This document shows positions 27,283 through 36,322 of a stretch of DNA of 64,000 nt, piece by piece. Source of the stretch: Myxococcales bacterium (GTDB lineage: Bacteria; Myxococcota_A; UBA9042). Numbering within the stretch: the stretch's first letter is position 1; every line of letters starts with the position of its first letter. Location of the stretch: positions 98 through 64,097 of the forward strand of contig JBBISH010000020.1 of the NCBI GenBank assembly GCA_037441385.1. Direction: 5' to 3'. The notes under the pieces were generated by a model. That model made no database searches. It was not told where the DNA came from and saw only the letters and a program-made list of their open reading frames with translations. A program made the translations under genes and the position numbers.

Positions 27283-28395
27283 ATGCGAATCCGAGCGATG
27301 GCCGCACTCTTGGCCGTGGGCATGCCGCTGGCGGCCGTGGCTGCCGAACCCGCCGCCGCGCCAGTCAAGCCCGACAAAGGGGCGGCGGCACCTGCCAAAG
27401 CAGAGAAGGCGGGGGCCAAGGCCGACAAGGCCGCGACGTCGACTCCGGCGGGCGGAGGACTTGCGCCCACCAAAGACAAAGTGGTTTCGAGCCACGGGCC
27501 CTTCGAATCTGGCGACTGCAGCCTGTGCCACGCCAACAAGGACCCACGCAATCCGGGGCCGGCCACCAAGCCGGTCAACGGCGTGTGCTTTGCCTGCCAC
27601 GAAGACATGCAAGAAGCGATGGCGTCTAGCAAATTCAAGCACAAGGCCGCCGACACGGCCTGCACCACCTGTCACAATCCGCACAACTCGTCGCTGCCCA
27701 AGCTGTTGCGTGCCGCGGCGCCCGGCTTGTGCTTGGATTGTCACACCAAAGTCAAGCAGGCGATGGACGGCGAGGTCAAGCACCAGGCCGTGCAAACAGG
27801 TTCCGGCTGCATGAACTGCCACTCGCCGCACGCGTCGAACGTGGAGCATCTGCTGCTGCGCTTGCCCTTTGACCAGTGCATCGCCTGCCACGACAAGGAC
27901 AATGTGGCCGACGCGACGGGCAAGCCCCTGACCAACTACAAGAAACTGCTGCAAGACAACCCGGTCCACCACGCGCCGGTCGCGGCCAAAGACTGTTCGA
28001 GCTGCCACCAGCCCCACGGCAGCGCCTACTTCCGCCTGCTGGTTTCGCCGTATCCCGCGCAGTTCTACGCGCCCTTCGATCCGGCCAACTACTCGCTGTG
28101 CTTTACCTGTCACGACGAGAAGATGGTGACCGCGGCCGAGACCACCACGGCCACGCGCTTTCGCGACGGCAGCCGGAACCTGCACTATTTGCACGTGAAC
28201 AACCCAACGCGCGGCCGCACGTGCCGGGCGTGTCACGAGGTCCACGCCGCCAAACAGCAGTTCCAGATCCGCGACGGCGTGCCGTATGGCAGCAAGGGCT
28301 GGATTCTGAAAGTAAACTACACCTCTAACCCCAACGGTGGCACGTGCGACAAGACGTGTCACACCAGCAAGACCTATGTCAATACCAGGAAGTAG
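27283..28395 (+). CDS. Periplasmic multiheme cytochrome c (9 CXXCH plus terminal CX3CH)
   Basis: Signal peptide (AVA), Ala/Lys linker, nine CXXCH, FRDGSRNLHYLHV, terminal CDKTCH. Confidence 0.9.
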   Translation: MRIRAMAALLAVGMPLAAVAAEPAAAPVKPDKGAAAPAKAEKAGAKADKAATSTPAGGGLAPTKDKVVSSHGPFESGDCSLCHANKDPRNPGPATKPVNGVCFACHEDMQEAMASSKFKHKAADTACTTCHNPHNSSLPKLLRAAAPGLCLDCHTKVKQAMDGEVKHQAVQTGSGCMNCHSPHASNVEHLLLRLPFDQCIACHDKDNVADATGKPLTNYKKLLQDNPVHHAPVAAKDCSSCHQPHGSAYFRLLVSPYPAQFYAPFDPANYSLCFTCHDEKMVTAAETTTATRFRDGSRNLHYLHVNNPTRGRTCRACHEVHAAKQQFQIRDGVPYGSKGWILKVNYTSNPNGGTCDKTCHTSKTYVNTRK

Positions 28396-28644
28396 CCGCG
28401 CCACTGCGCCGCGCCAAGAAGCCAGGTCTGCGTCCGACGTGCCATTTCGCGCGGACTGCGGCAGCGGCGGCACTTCTTGTCGATTCGGCGGGCGCATGCC
28501 ACGATGGGAGGTCCGCAACGCCACGATCTGCGGCGTCTTTCGCGCATCACCTGTCCTGACCAACCACCCCGACTCCGACAAGCCCGCCGCCTGCTGGCGC
28601 AGCCAACCGAGTGACCGTGCCCACCGGCCCAACTAAGGAGCAAC

Positions 28645-30411
28645 ATGCGTTTTTGCTGCACCAACTGCAACACGTGGTACCGCGCTACGCTTCGGGAACC
28701 CAGCGCGGCCGGCCGTCGGATGATGGTTCGCTGCCGCAAATGTGGCAGCGAGATCCTGCTAGAGCCCGAACAAACGATGGAGGCGACAGAACTCGCCGCC
28801 GCTGGCGGGTCGCCTGCGCCCCTGTCCTATCGCGAGACTCGGGCCACCTCGGGGCTAGTCGCAGCGGTGGACGTGACGGGTCAGGGCAACCCGGCGCGCG
28901 ACACGGATGCCATGGACCTGTGGTGCGCTGCTCCTGATGGCGACGGGGCCTGGCAAATGGGGAGCAGCGAGGTGGGCGCCCGCATCCGCGCCGGCGAATA
29001 CACCGCCCAGACTCGGCTGTGGCACATGGCGTCCCAGCAGTGGATGGAGCTGGGCGAGGCGCCCGAATTCAGCCACCTGTGGGCGGCACTTTCGGCCTCT
29101 GCCCCCCCTGTTCCAGCCGAGGAGCCGCAAGCCCAGCCCCCTGAGCCACCGGCAGCCGCGACGCCCGAGGCAGACAATCCTTCGCCAGCCGCGCCCGAGG
29201 CTGCAGCAAACGACGGGCAGCCTGCGACAGCGCCTGCCCCCGAACCCGTTGCCGAGGGCCCAGCGCTGGCGACCCCAGTCTTTGCTGCGGTCGATGCGCA
29301 GCCCGCGGTGGCAGCAGCCCCCGAACCCGTGGCAGTGGTCGCGCCCGCGGTGGCCGCACCATCGGCGCCGGCCGAGGTTGTGGTCTTCCCGGCCGATGCG
29401 AGCGGATTTGAACCGCGGTCGGGGGCGAGCAAGACCCCGAATCCGTATGGCCCCACGGTGCGCGACACAACACCGCAGAATCCGAGCCCGCAAGAGCCAA
29501 AGGCACCGCCCAAGGCCGCGGCAGCGCCGGCCGTAGCCGGGCCCGGTCCCAAAGCGATCCACGTTGCCCCGGTGCCCCCACGCCCGCTGCCGTCTGTGCG
29601 GCAACGCCAATCGGCAGCCCACACGCCCGTCCAGGCCAAGGCGACGACCAAGCGCAAGCCGCTGGTGGGAATCGCCATCGTGGCGGCTGCGCTGGCTGCC
29701 GTTGCTGCCCTGGCGACGTCGGCGCGCGACAATGGTGCTCCCAGCGACGGCAGCGCCACGGCCGACGGGCCCGACGCCGTGGCCGGCGCACCCGCGGTGC
29801 TGGAACCACTGGCCGCTGCCCCAGATGCCGGGCCTTCGGCGAAACCGGCCCCGGCGCCCGCGGTTGCGGCCGTGTCGGCTGCGGAGTCGCCGACCCATGT
29901 CGCCAGCGCGCCGCCGCCTGCCGCCGCTGCGGTTGCGCCTGCCGAAGCTGCGGTCAGTCCAGGAGCCGCGCCGGCTGGGTCCGAGGCCAGCAAGAAGGCC
30001 GCTGCCGTGGACGCCAAGGCCGGCGGCAAATCCGCGACCGCGACCGAGAAGGGCAAAACCGCAGGCGACAAGACCGGAACTACGGCAGCCGCGACGGAGC
30101 CATCCACCGAGCCGGCGCACGCTAAGCTGGGCGAGAGCGAGGCCATCGAAGCGGGCTTTCTGCGCATTGCCACTGGCGTGCGCATGTGCGCCCGGGCAGA
30201 GGCGCGCCGCAACCCCGAGGGCGAGCTCGGCCGCGTCGACGTGGCGGTCACGGTCACCGGCGACGGCACCATCAGCAAGGTCGATGTGGGCAATATCGAC
30301 GATTCCTCGGACTTGGCTGCGTGCATTCGTACGGCCGTCCAAAGGGTCAGCTTTGGCCAGATCGACGGCAAGACCCGCATCTTGCGCCGCTCTTACCAGC
30401 TTGGGAGCTGA
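28645..30411 (+). CDS. AgmX/GltJ-like protein: zinc ribbon, GYF_2-like domain, Pro/Ala linker, TM, TonB_C-like C-terminus
   Basis: AAGGAG RBS; CTNC...CRKC; TRLWHMASQQWMELGEAPEF; one TM; C-terminal CARAE...GRVDVAVTVTGDG...LAACI. Confidence 0.78.
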   Translation: MRFCCTNCNTWYRATLREPSAAGRRMMVRCRKCGSEILLEPEQTMEATELAAAGGSPAPLSYRETRATSGLVAAVDVTGQGNPARDTDAMDLWCAAPDGDGAWQMGSSEVGARIRAGEYTAQTRLWHMASQQWMELGEAPEFSHLWAALSASAPPVPAEEPQAQPPEPPAAATPEADNPSPAAPEAAANDGQPATAPAPEPVAEGPALATPVFAAVDAQPAVAAAPEPVAVVAPAVAAPSAPAEVVVFPADASGFEPRSGASKTPNPYGPTVRDTTPQNPSPQEPKAPPKAAAAPAVAGPGPKAIHVAPVPPRPLPSVRQRQSAAHTPVQAKATTKRKPLVGIAIVAAALAAVAALATSARDNGAPSDGSATADGPDAVAGAPAVLEPLAAAPDAGPSAKPAPAPAVAAVSAAESPTHVASAPPPAAAAVAPAEAAVSPGAAPAGSEASKKAAAVDAKAGGKSATATEKGKTAGDKTGTTAAATEPSTEPAHAKLGESEAIEAGFLRIATGVRMCARAEARRNPEGELGRVDVAVTVTGDGTISKVDVGNIDDSSDLAACIRTAVQRVSFGQIDGKTRILRRSYQLGS

Positions 30412-30459
30412 CCGGCACGCCAAGGGATTGGCGCTGGAGACGCCACCAATTGCTGCTCG

Positions 30460-30608
30460 TTCGGAATGCGTTCGATTCGGCCGGAAAGCTTCAGCAATTC
30501 CTCTGGTCCGAATCGGGGTACGAACCGGGGTCCCCGCCTAGTTCTCGCCGATTGCAGACCAGATCAGAGAAGTCGTATAGGCGTGAATCAGACGGGGTTC
30601 GCATCAGA
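30460..30608 (+). repeat. Diverged full-length copy of repeat family A between convergent genes
   Basis: CGAACCGGGGTCCCCGCCTAGTTCTCGCC...TATAGGCGTGAATCAGACGGGGTTCG aligns with 43127-43264. Confidence 0.8.
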
Positions 30609-30622
30609 CGGATTCCGTGTGA

Positions 30623-33600
30623 CTACGGGCTCACGCCAATCATGCGGCCGTCGCAGGCAACCACGAGTTTGGAACCCGCGGCCAGGGCCAGCGACGGCAC
30701 TTGGCATGTGGGCGGCATGATGGGCGCCGTGGCAAACGGTTGACCAAGGCCGCCCTGGGCGTAGTAGGTGGCGACGTCGGTCCGATACGCCAGCCGAATC
30801 ATGCTGGGATAGCTGCCGACCATGCTGACCGCTGCGCCGAAAAGCGGCAACTGCGGAGCGTTCTTGTCCCCGACCACCCAGAAGTCGCCGTCCAAGCGCG
30901 CATAGCGAATCGCTTTGCCTGTGCTGTAGATGGCCGTCACCGTGCCGTTGTCTGCCGCGGTCATGGCGACCCACTGGCAGCCACCGTTGTCGACCGTTGT
31001 GACGACCCAGGCGCCGCCAACCACCGTGGCATGACGCACTTCGCCCCACGACGAGCAGTAGACGACTTGCGGTGCGCCGGCCCAGGCAAAAGAAACCTGG
31101 TCGCTACCGGCCTGCGAAACGCCACTGGCCGAAGTGGTTTGGGTTTGCCATGCACCGCCCGCCAAGTGGGCGTATTGATACGTACTTGCGTTTTGGGGCA
31201 GGTACAAGATCAGCGGCGCGCCAGACGCCCCTTGGGCTAGACGCACGCCCGGGTAGCCATAGCCGTCGCCCGAGCCCGGCCAGGCGGCGATAGCTTTGGC
31301 GTTCCAGCTGGATTGGCCAAGGCTGGCCAAGTACAACACCGTGTCCAAACCCTGGTAGGCGGTGTAGCCGATGCTGGGATTGCCGTCGGCGCCCACCAAA
31401 ACGCGCGGCCGCGAGGTGGCGGCGCCCGTCGTGGCCACCTCGATCTTTCCGTAGGACCAGCTGCCACTGGCGTCCGTCCCGTAACACGTGGTTGGCCAAG
31501 TCCAATTGACCAGGTGGCGGTGACCGGCCGCGTCCAGCTGAAGGTCCGCAGGCCCGGTGCAAGCCAGCTGTGGCTCCAGGGCGGTCAGCGCCCAGGTGCC
31601 CGCTCCGTAGGTTGCCAAAGTCGCCCCAAGAATGCCCACTTGCGCGGCCCCGGCACCGTCCAGCACCATGTCGCACGCGCCCGACGGGCCTGCTCCAGTC
31701 AGCGTGTCGGCCGTCCACTTTCCGCTCTGAAGGTGATACGCCTGCAGGTCGGCCATGGCGGCATTTTCAAAGACGGCGTGCACGCTTCCGGCCTGATCAG
31801 CGGCCAGTGCGCAGTCGTCGCCATAGTTGCCGTCTGCCGGGGCCAGGTCGACGGTCCAAGCCCCACTGCCCTGGGTCGCCAGCGCCAACTTGTGGGTATC
31901 CAACGTCTTGAAGCACGCGCGCAGTTGCCCATCAGGTCCCGCAACGATCGCTCCGCCCGCAGTCGTGTCGGCAAAGCTGGCCAGCTTGGTGTCGACGAAG
32001 CTCCCGTCCACAGCAAAAGCATAGATATGGACAGCGGAATTGGTGCCGCGGAGCAGTGCATACACTTGCCCATCACTGCCGGTCGTCAGCGCGCGGGCCG
32101 ATGGCAACTCCACTTTGTCCAGGGCGAACTGTTGAGTAAGGAAGTAGTTCTCGAAGACCGCGTGCTTGAGCATGGCATCTTTGGCGGTGTACAGCACATG
32201 CAGCCGGTTCTGACCGTCGGTTGTGATCGCCACCGCCCCTGGCTTGGCAGGCCCAATGACGCGCGCTTTGAAAACTCCTCCGTACTCAAACGCTACTACC
32301 GCTTGGCCGCTCTCGGCCTTGGTATAGGCTACCGCGACACTGCCGTTGGCCAGCACGGTCAGCGCAGGTGGCCCCAGGCCAAGGCTCCGATCCACCAGGA
32401 TTTCTTTTTGCACGACGCCTGACTCAAGGCGACGGTAGCGCAAATCGTCAAAGGCCGCGCCGCGCCAGGCCATATGGACGATGTTGCCGGCTTTGCGCAT
32501 CGAACAGGGACCGGTGCCGGCCACGCCCGCCGGACTGACCAGGTCCAAGCACTGCACCAAAGTACTTGGATTGACGTAGGGGTTCGCATCCGAGCAGTCG
32601 CCGCCACCCTTGGAGCAGATGGCCCCCGAGCCGTAGACCGGCACGCCCGCGGCGCAGTAGCCGTCGCCGTCCAAATCGTCGCAGGGTTCAAAAGGAGAGA
32701 CGGCCGCGCAGTCGTTTTGCTTGCCGTCGCACAGGTCGGGGGCGCCCGGGAAGGTGCTCTTGTCGGTGTCGTTGCAGTCGTCGCCGCCACACGCGGCCGC
32801 CACGTGTCCGTCGCCGTCGCCGTCGAGCCCTTGACCGCTGGATTGGCAGGCGCCGGCCGCGCACTTTTCGCCCACCGTGCAGGGGTCTCCGTCGTCGCAG
32901 GGCCCGTCCAGGGCAAGGTGCACGCAGGCGCCGTTGGTGGCGCAGGCGTCTGCGGTGCACGCGTTGCCGTCGCTGCAGGAGTTGCTGCCCGAGCCTTTGC
33001 ATAGGCCACCCGAGCAGGCGTCGCCGGTGGTGCACGAACTGCCGTCGTCGCAGGGTGTGCCGCTGGGGATCAGATTGTGGACGCAGCCAATGCCGGCGCT
33101 GCAGCCGTCTTGTGTGCAGGTGTTGCCGTCGTCGCACGCCAGGGGCGGGCCGCCTTGACACTTGCCATCTACGCACTTGTCGCCATCGGTGCACAGGTTG
33201 GCATCCGAACACGGCAACGTGGCCCACGTGTGGCCACACTGGCCGGCCGTGCATGTGTCCAAGCTGCAGGGGTTGCCGTCGTCGCACGCCATGGCCGCGC
33301 CGCTGCATTGGCCTTGCTGGCACATGTCGCCTACGGTACAGGCGTCGCCGTCGTCGCATTCCGCCGTGTTGAACTTGGTGGCGCACCCCGCATCCGCGGT
33401 GCAGTATTCGGTGGTGCAGGGTTGATTGTCGCTGCAGTCTTTGAGCGGGCCTGGAAAGCATTTGCCCACCTTGCATTGGTCGCCTTCTGTGCACGGGTTG
33501 CCGTCGCTGCAAGGCGCGGCCAACGGCACCGACAGGCAGCCACCTTTGGGATCGCACTGGTCCGTGGTACAGGAGTTGCCGTCGTCGCAAAGCAGGGCGC

Positions 33601-34228
33601 AACTATCGATCCCGTCGGCCAAATCACCGTCTGCACCATCGCCCGTGTCGCCCGTGTCGCCCGTGTCGCCTGCGTCGCCTGCGTCGCCTGCGTCGCCCGT
33701 GTCGCCCGTGCCGCCCGTGTCGCTTGCGTCGCCCGTGTCGGCATCCCCAGCCGCGGCTCCGTCGGTGTCGGGGACGATGTCGGCCCCGGCCTCGGGACCA
33801 TCTTGGTCCGGGGCGTCTGCCGCCCCATCGACGACCGCATCCTCGACCAAGTCCGCGCCGTCGTCCGCAAGGCCGTCGATCCCGTCCGCAGCGTCGGCCG
33901 CGTCCCCAGGCGTGGCGGTGTCGTTGACGTCCTGCCCGGCGGTTTCGTCAAGCAGTTCATCAGCGTCATGGTCTTGGCCAACCGAGTCATTGGCGACGGC
34001 GTCGATGCCGTCTTGCCCGGCCAAGCCGCCCATGTCTCCCTTGGCGTCGGCCGTTGCGCCGCCAGAGGATGGGCTCCAGAACTCTTTGGCGTCCGGGACG
34101 TAGATTGAACACGCGGCCAATAGCGACAACAGGGCCATCAGCGCGCACTGGCCGGGGCGCAGCCATCTTGGTCCGAGTGCCGCCGTTTCTTCATTTCCCG
34201 GCGATTCCCGTGGACGGTCCGCAACCAT
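30623..34228 (-). CDS. Large Cys-rich lipoprotein: Asp-rich linker, CDDGNxCT repeats, MopE-like repeats, C-terminal beta-propeller
   Basis: GGAGG RBS; lipobox LAAC; multiple CDDGNxCT units; DCNDTDKSTFPGAPDLCDGKQNDC. Confidence 0.85.
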   Translation of the reverse strand: MVADRPRESPGNEETAALGPRWLRPGQCALMALLSLLAACSIYVPDAKEFWSPSSGGATADAKGDMGGLAGQDGIDAVANDSVGQDHDADELLDETAGQDVNDTATPGDAADAADGIDGLADDGADLVEDAVVDGAADAPDQDGPEAGADIVPDTDGAAAGDADTGDASDTGGTGDTGDAGDAGDAGDTGDTGDTGDGADGDLADGIDSCALLCDDGNSCTTDQCDPKGGCLSVPLAAPCSDGNPCTEGDQCKVGKCFPGPLKDCSDNQPCTTEYCTADAGCATKFNTAECDDGDACTVGDMCQQGQCSGAAMACDDGNPCSLDTCTAGQCGHTWATLPCSDANLCTDGDKCVDGKCQGGPPLACDDGNTCTQDGCSAGIGCVHNLIPSGTPCDDGSSCTTGDACSGGLCKGSGSNSCSDGNACTADACATNGACVHLALDGPCDDGDPCTVGEKCAAGACQSSGQGLDGDGDGHVAAACGGDDCNDTDKSTFPGAPDLCDGKQNDCAAVSPFEPCDDLDGDGYCAAGVPVYGSGAICSKGGGDCSDANPYVNPSTLVQCLDLVSPAGVAGTGPCSMRKAGNIVHMAWRGAAFDDLRYRRLESGVVQKEILVDRSLGLGPPALTVLANGSVAVAYTKAESGQAVVAFEYGGVFKARVIGPAKPGAVAITTDGQNRLHVLYTAKDAMLKHAVFENYFLTQQFALDKVELPSARALTTGSDGQVYALLRGTNSAVHIYAFAVDGSFVDTKLASFADTTAGGAIVAGPDGQLRACFKTLDTHKLALATQGSGAWTVDLAPADGNYGDDCALAADQAGSVHAVFENAAMADLQAYHLQSGKWTADTLTGAGPSGACDMVLDGAGAAQVGILGATLATYGAGTWALTALEPQLACTGPADLQLDAAGHRHLVNWTWPTTCYGTDASGSWSYGKIEVATTGAATSRPRVLVGADGNPSIGYTAYQGLDTVLYLASLGQSSWNAKAIAAWPGSGDGYGYPGVRLAQGASGAPLILYLPQNASTYQYAHLAGGAWQTQTTSASGVSQAGSDQVSFAWAGAPQVVYCSSWGEVRHATVVGGAWVVTTVDNGGCQWVAMTAADNGTVTAIYSTGKAIRYARLDGDFWVVGDKNAPQLPLFGAAVSMVGSYPSMIRLAYRTDVATYYAQGGLGQPFATAPIMPPTCQVPSLALAAGSKLVVACDGRMIGVSP
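33639..33740. repeat. 9-bp tandem repeats encoding D-T-G / D-A-G linker
   Basis: Runs of GCCCGTGTC and GCCTGCGTC within the 30623-34228 gene. Confidence 0.8.
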
Positions 34229-34291
34229 GACGCCTCCCAGCCCGATCTGTCCCTGTTCGCAGTTGGTCAGCAGCCTGCGGCTCGCTTGTGT

Positions 34292-34921
34292 CTAGAACGC
34301 CACGGCAATCGACGTGCCATGCCACGCGACCGAACCCGCGCTGGCTGGACGCGACCGCTGGCTGTCGAACAACAGCAAGGTCAGCGCCGTTCCCACGATG
34401 ACCGCACCGGCCGTGCCGACCGCCACCCCAACGGCTTGCTGATTGCCGATTCGCTGGGCGGTCGCCTGCGCCTCGGCATAGCGAATGCCCGTAATCAGCC
34501 CGTTGCCGTCGCGCTGGCGGTAGCGGTCGTACAGGGCGGCTTGCTCCACGGTAGCCAGCTCAAAAACCGCCAGGCCCACCGCGCCGACCACCACGCCGGC
34601 GAGCAATACGTCTACATTTCGCATCTTTCGCTCGCTGGCAAGCCGAGCGGCCTCGACGAGCAGCTGCTCCTTGCGATCTTGGCAGCTTGCGTCTGCCGGC
34701 GGACTGTCGCGACGCACTCCTTCTGCTGCGGCTGCGGACGAAAGCGGTGCCCCAAGCAGGGCCAGCGCGGTCAACAGGATTGCGACGCATGGCTTCGCCG
34801 CGCCACGGCCAGGGCGACCGTCTGCCTTTGAGCCGGGTTGGAGCGTAGCCGCCTTGGCGGGCCCCACGGCGGACGTTGACGGACGTGCCAGCAAAGTATG
34901 GCTTGGCCCCATGGTTTCCAT
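34292..34921 (-). CDS. Hypothetical membrane protein
   Basis: Signal-like segment plus two hydrophobic helices and C-terminal SIAVAF; co-oriented with neighbours; start uncertain. Confidence 0.6.
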   Translation of the reverse strand: METMGPSHTLLARPSTSAVGPAKAATLQPGSKADGRPGRGAAKPCVAILLTALALLGAPLSSAAAAEGVRRDSPPADASCQDRKEQLLVEAARLASERKMRNVDVLLAGVVVGAVGLAVFELATVEQAALYDRYRQRDGNGLITGIRYAEAQATAQRIGNQQAVGVAVGTAGAVIVGTALTLLLFDSQRSRPASAGSVAWHGTSIAVAF

Positions 34922-34937
34922 CCTGAGCGTCTGGGGA

Positions 34938-36035
34938 CTACCTCGTGCCAAAGCGCAGGCGAACCAGCTTGTCTACGGCCGGATCCGCGGCGCTGACGAC
35001 CACGCCAGCCAGCAAGCGGTCTTCGCCCCGTTCGATCTGTTCGCGCTGCCGCAGGCGCTTCAGCTCGCCACGCCAGTACTCCTTGTCGATCTCGGCGAAC
35101 TGTAGCTGCTTGGGTCCGCGCTTCTCGGTCACCACGAACAGGTTGAAACCGTACATATTCTCGATGAGTTGCGAGATCTCGCCCACGGGCGCACCAAAGG
35201 CGGGGCCTTCGATTTCGCTGCCCAGGCTGCCCCGATGCAGCCAACCCACGTCGCCGCCCTTGGCCGCACTTTCGTGCCCCGAGTATTTCTTGGCGGCGTC
35301 GGCAAAGGTAATGAACTTGGCCGCCAGGGCCTTGCGCACATTCTCTGCCTCGATTTTGCGCGCCGGCCGTTCCTGCGGCTTGCCGGGATCCGCGCGGAAC
35401 TCGATGAGGCTCAGGCGCACCGACTCGGGCTGAACAAACCGTTTGGTTTCGCTGTCGTAGTACTTCTTCAGGTCGGCGTCGCTGATGACGATCGGACGGC
35501 CGTAGTCTTGCGCCACATAGCGCGACGCCAGCAAATCCCTTTCGATATTGCGAAGATAAATGGCCCGGTCCAGATCCAAGTCGTGAAGCAGCTTGTTCAG
35601 GGCAGCCTCGCCCCCAGCCTCTTTGACGCGCTTGGCGTACTCGGCGTCCAGGTCGGCCCGCGCCACGGCGATGCCTTTCTTGCGAGCCGCCTGCGCAGCC
35701 AGTTCGGTCAAGATGGTGTTCCGCAGCGCTTTTTTCACCAGCGCGCGCTGATCGCCGGCCTTGACGGTGCCGTGGTAGCTCTCTTGCGGAATCAAGCGAT
35801 TCAACTCCAGAAACACATCCAGGATCGTGATGACGACACCGCCCACCACGACGGCGGGGTCTCGCGCTGGACTGCTGGCCTTTTGCGCATCGGCTGCGGC
35901 GGGCTTGGCACCGGCTGGCTCGGCCAAAGCGACCGGGGGCGCGGCCACTCGGGCAAGGTTGGTCAAAAGCGCCACACTCACCCAGCGAATCGCCGAACGT
36001 TTGCAGCAGGTTATGTGGACCCCTGGAAACCGCAT
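34938..36035 (-). CDS. PpiC-type peptidyl-prolyl isomerase (SurA/PrsA-like foldase)
   Basis: SurA-N helical region, FADAAKKYS, SAAKGGDVGW, GEISQLIENMYGFNLF; RBS before ATG 36035. Confidence 0.88.
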   Translation of the reverse strand: MRFPGVHITCCKRSAIRWVSVALLTNLARVAAPPVALAEPAGAKPAAADAQKASSPARDPAVVVGGVVITILDVFLELNRLIPQESYHGTVKAGDQRALVKKALRNTILTELAAQAARKKGIAVARADLDAEYAKRVKEAGGEAALNKLLHDLDLDRAIYLRNIERDLLASRYVAQDYGRPIVISDADLKKYYDSETKRFVQPESVRLSLIEFRADPGKPQERPARKIEAENVRKALAAKFITFADAAKKYSGHESAAKGGDVGWLHRGSLGSEIEGPAFGAPVGEISQLIENMYGFNLFVVTEKRGPKQLQFAEIDKEYWRGELKRLRQREQIERGEDRLLAGVVVSAADPAVDKLVRLRFGTR

Positions 36036-36322
36036 CCTCTCTCCCTTGTGCGCCACCAACAGGCGGCGGAGCTACGGTACGCAAATTCTCACGAACTTGT
36101 GTCAAGTAATGGTATGTCACGATTGCGTCACGCAGGGACGCAGATACGTAACACTACTACGCAATTGACACCACCCTGCGGACCTGATCGCTTCGAGTTC
36201 TTGTCACGGTGGTGTCACGGAGTGGGGCAGGGTCGTCTTGCGTGTGGCGGCAATCGGGCTTGTGGACACCGGCCAGAGCGTTGACTTGGGCGGTGGCGAT
36301 CGGTGCTGTCGTTCCCCGACAG

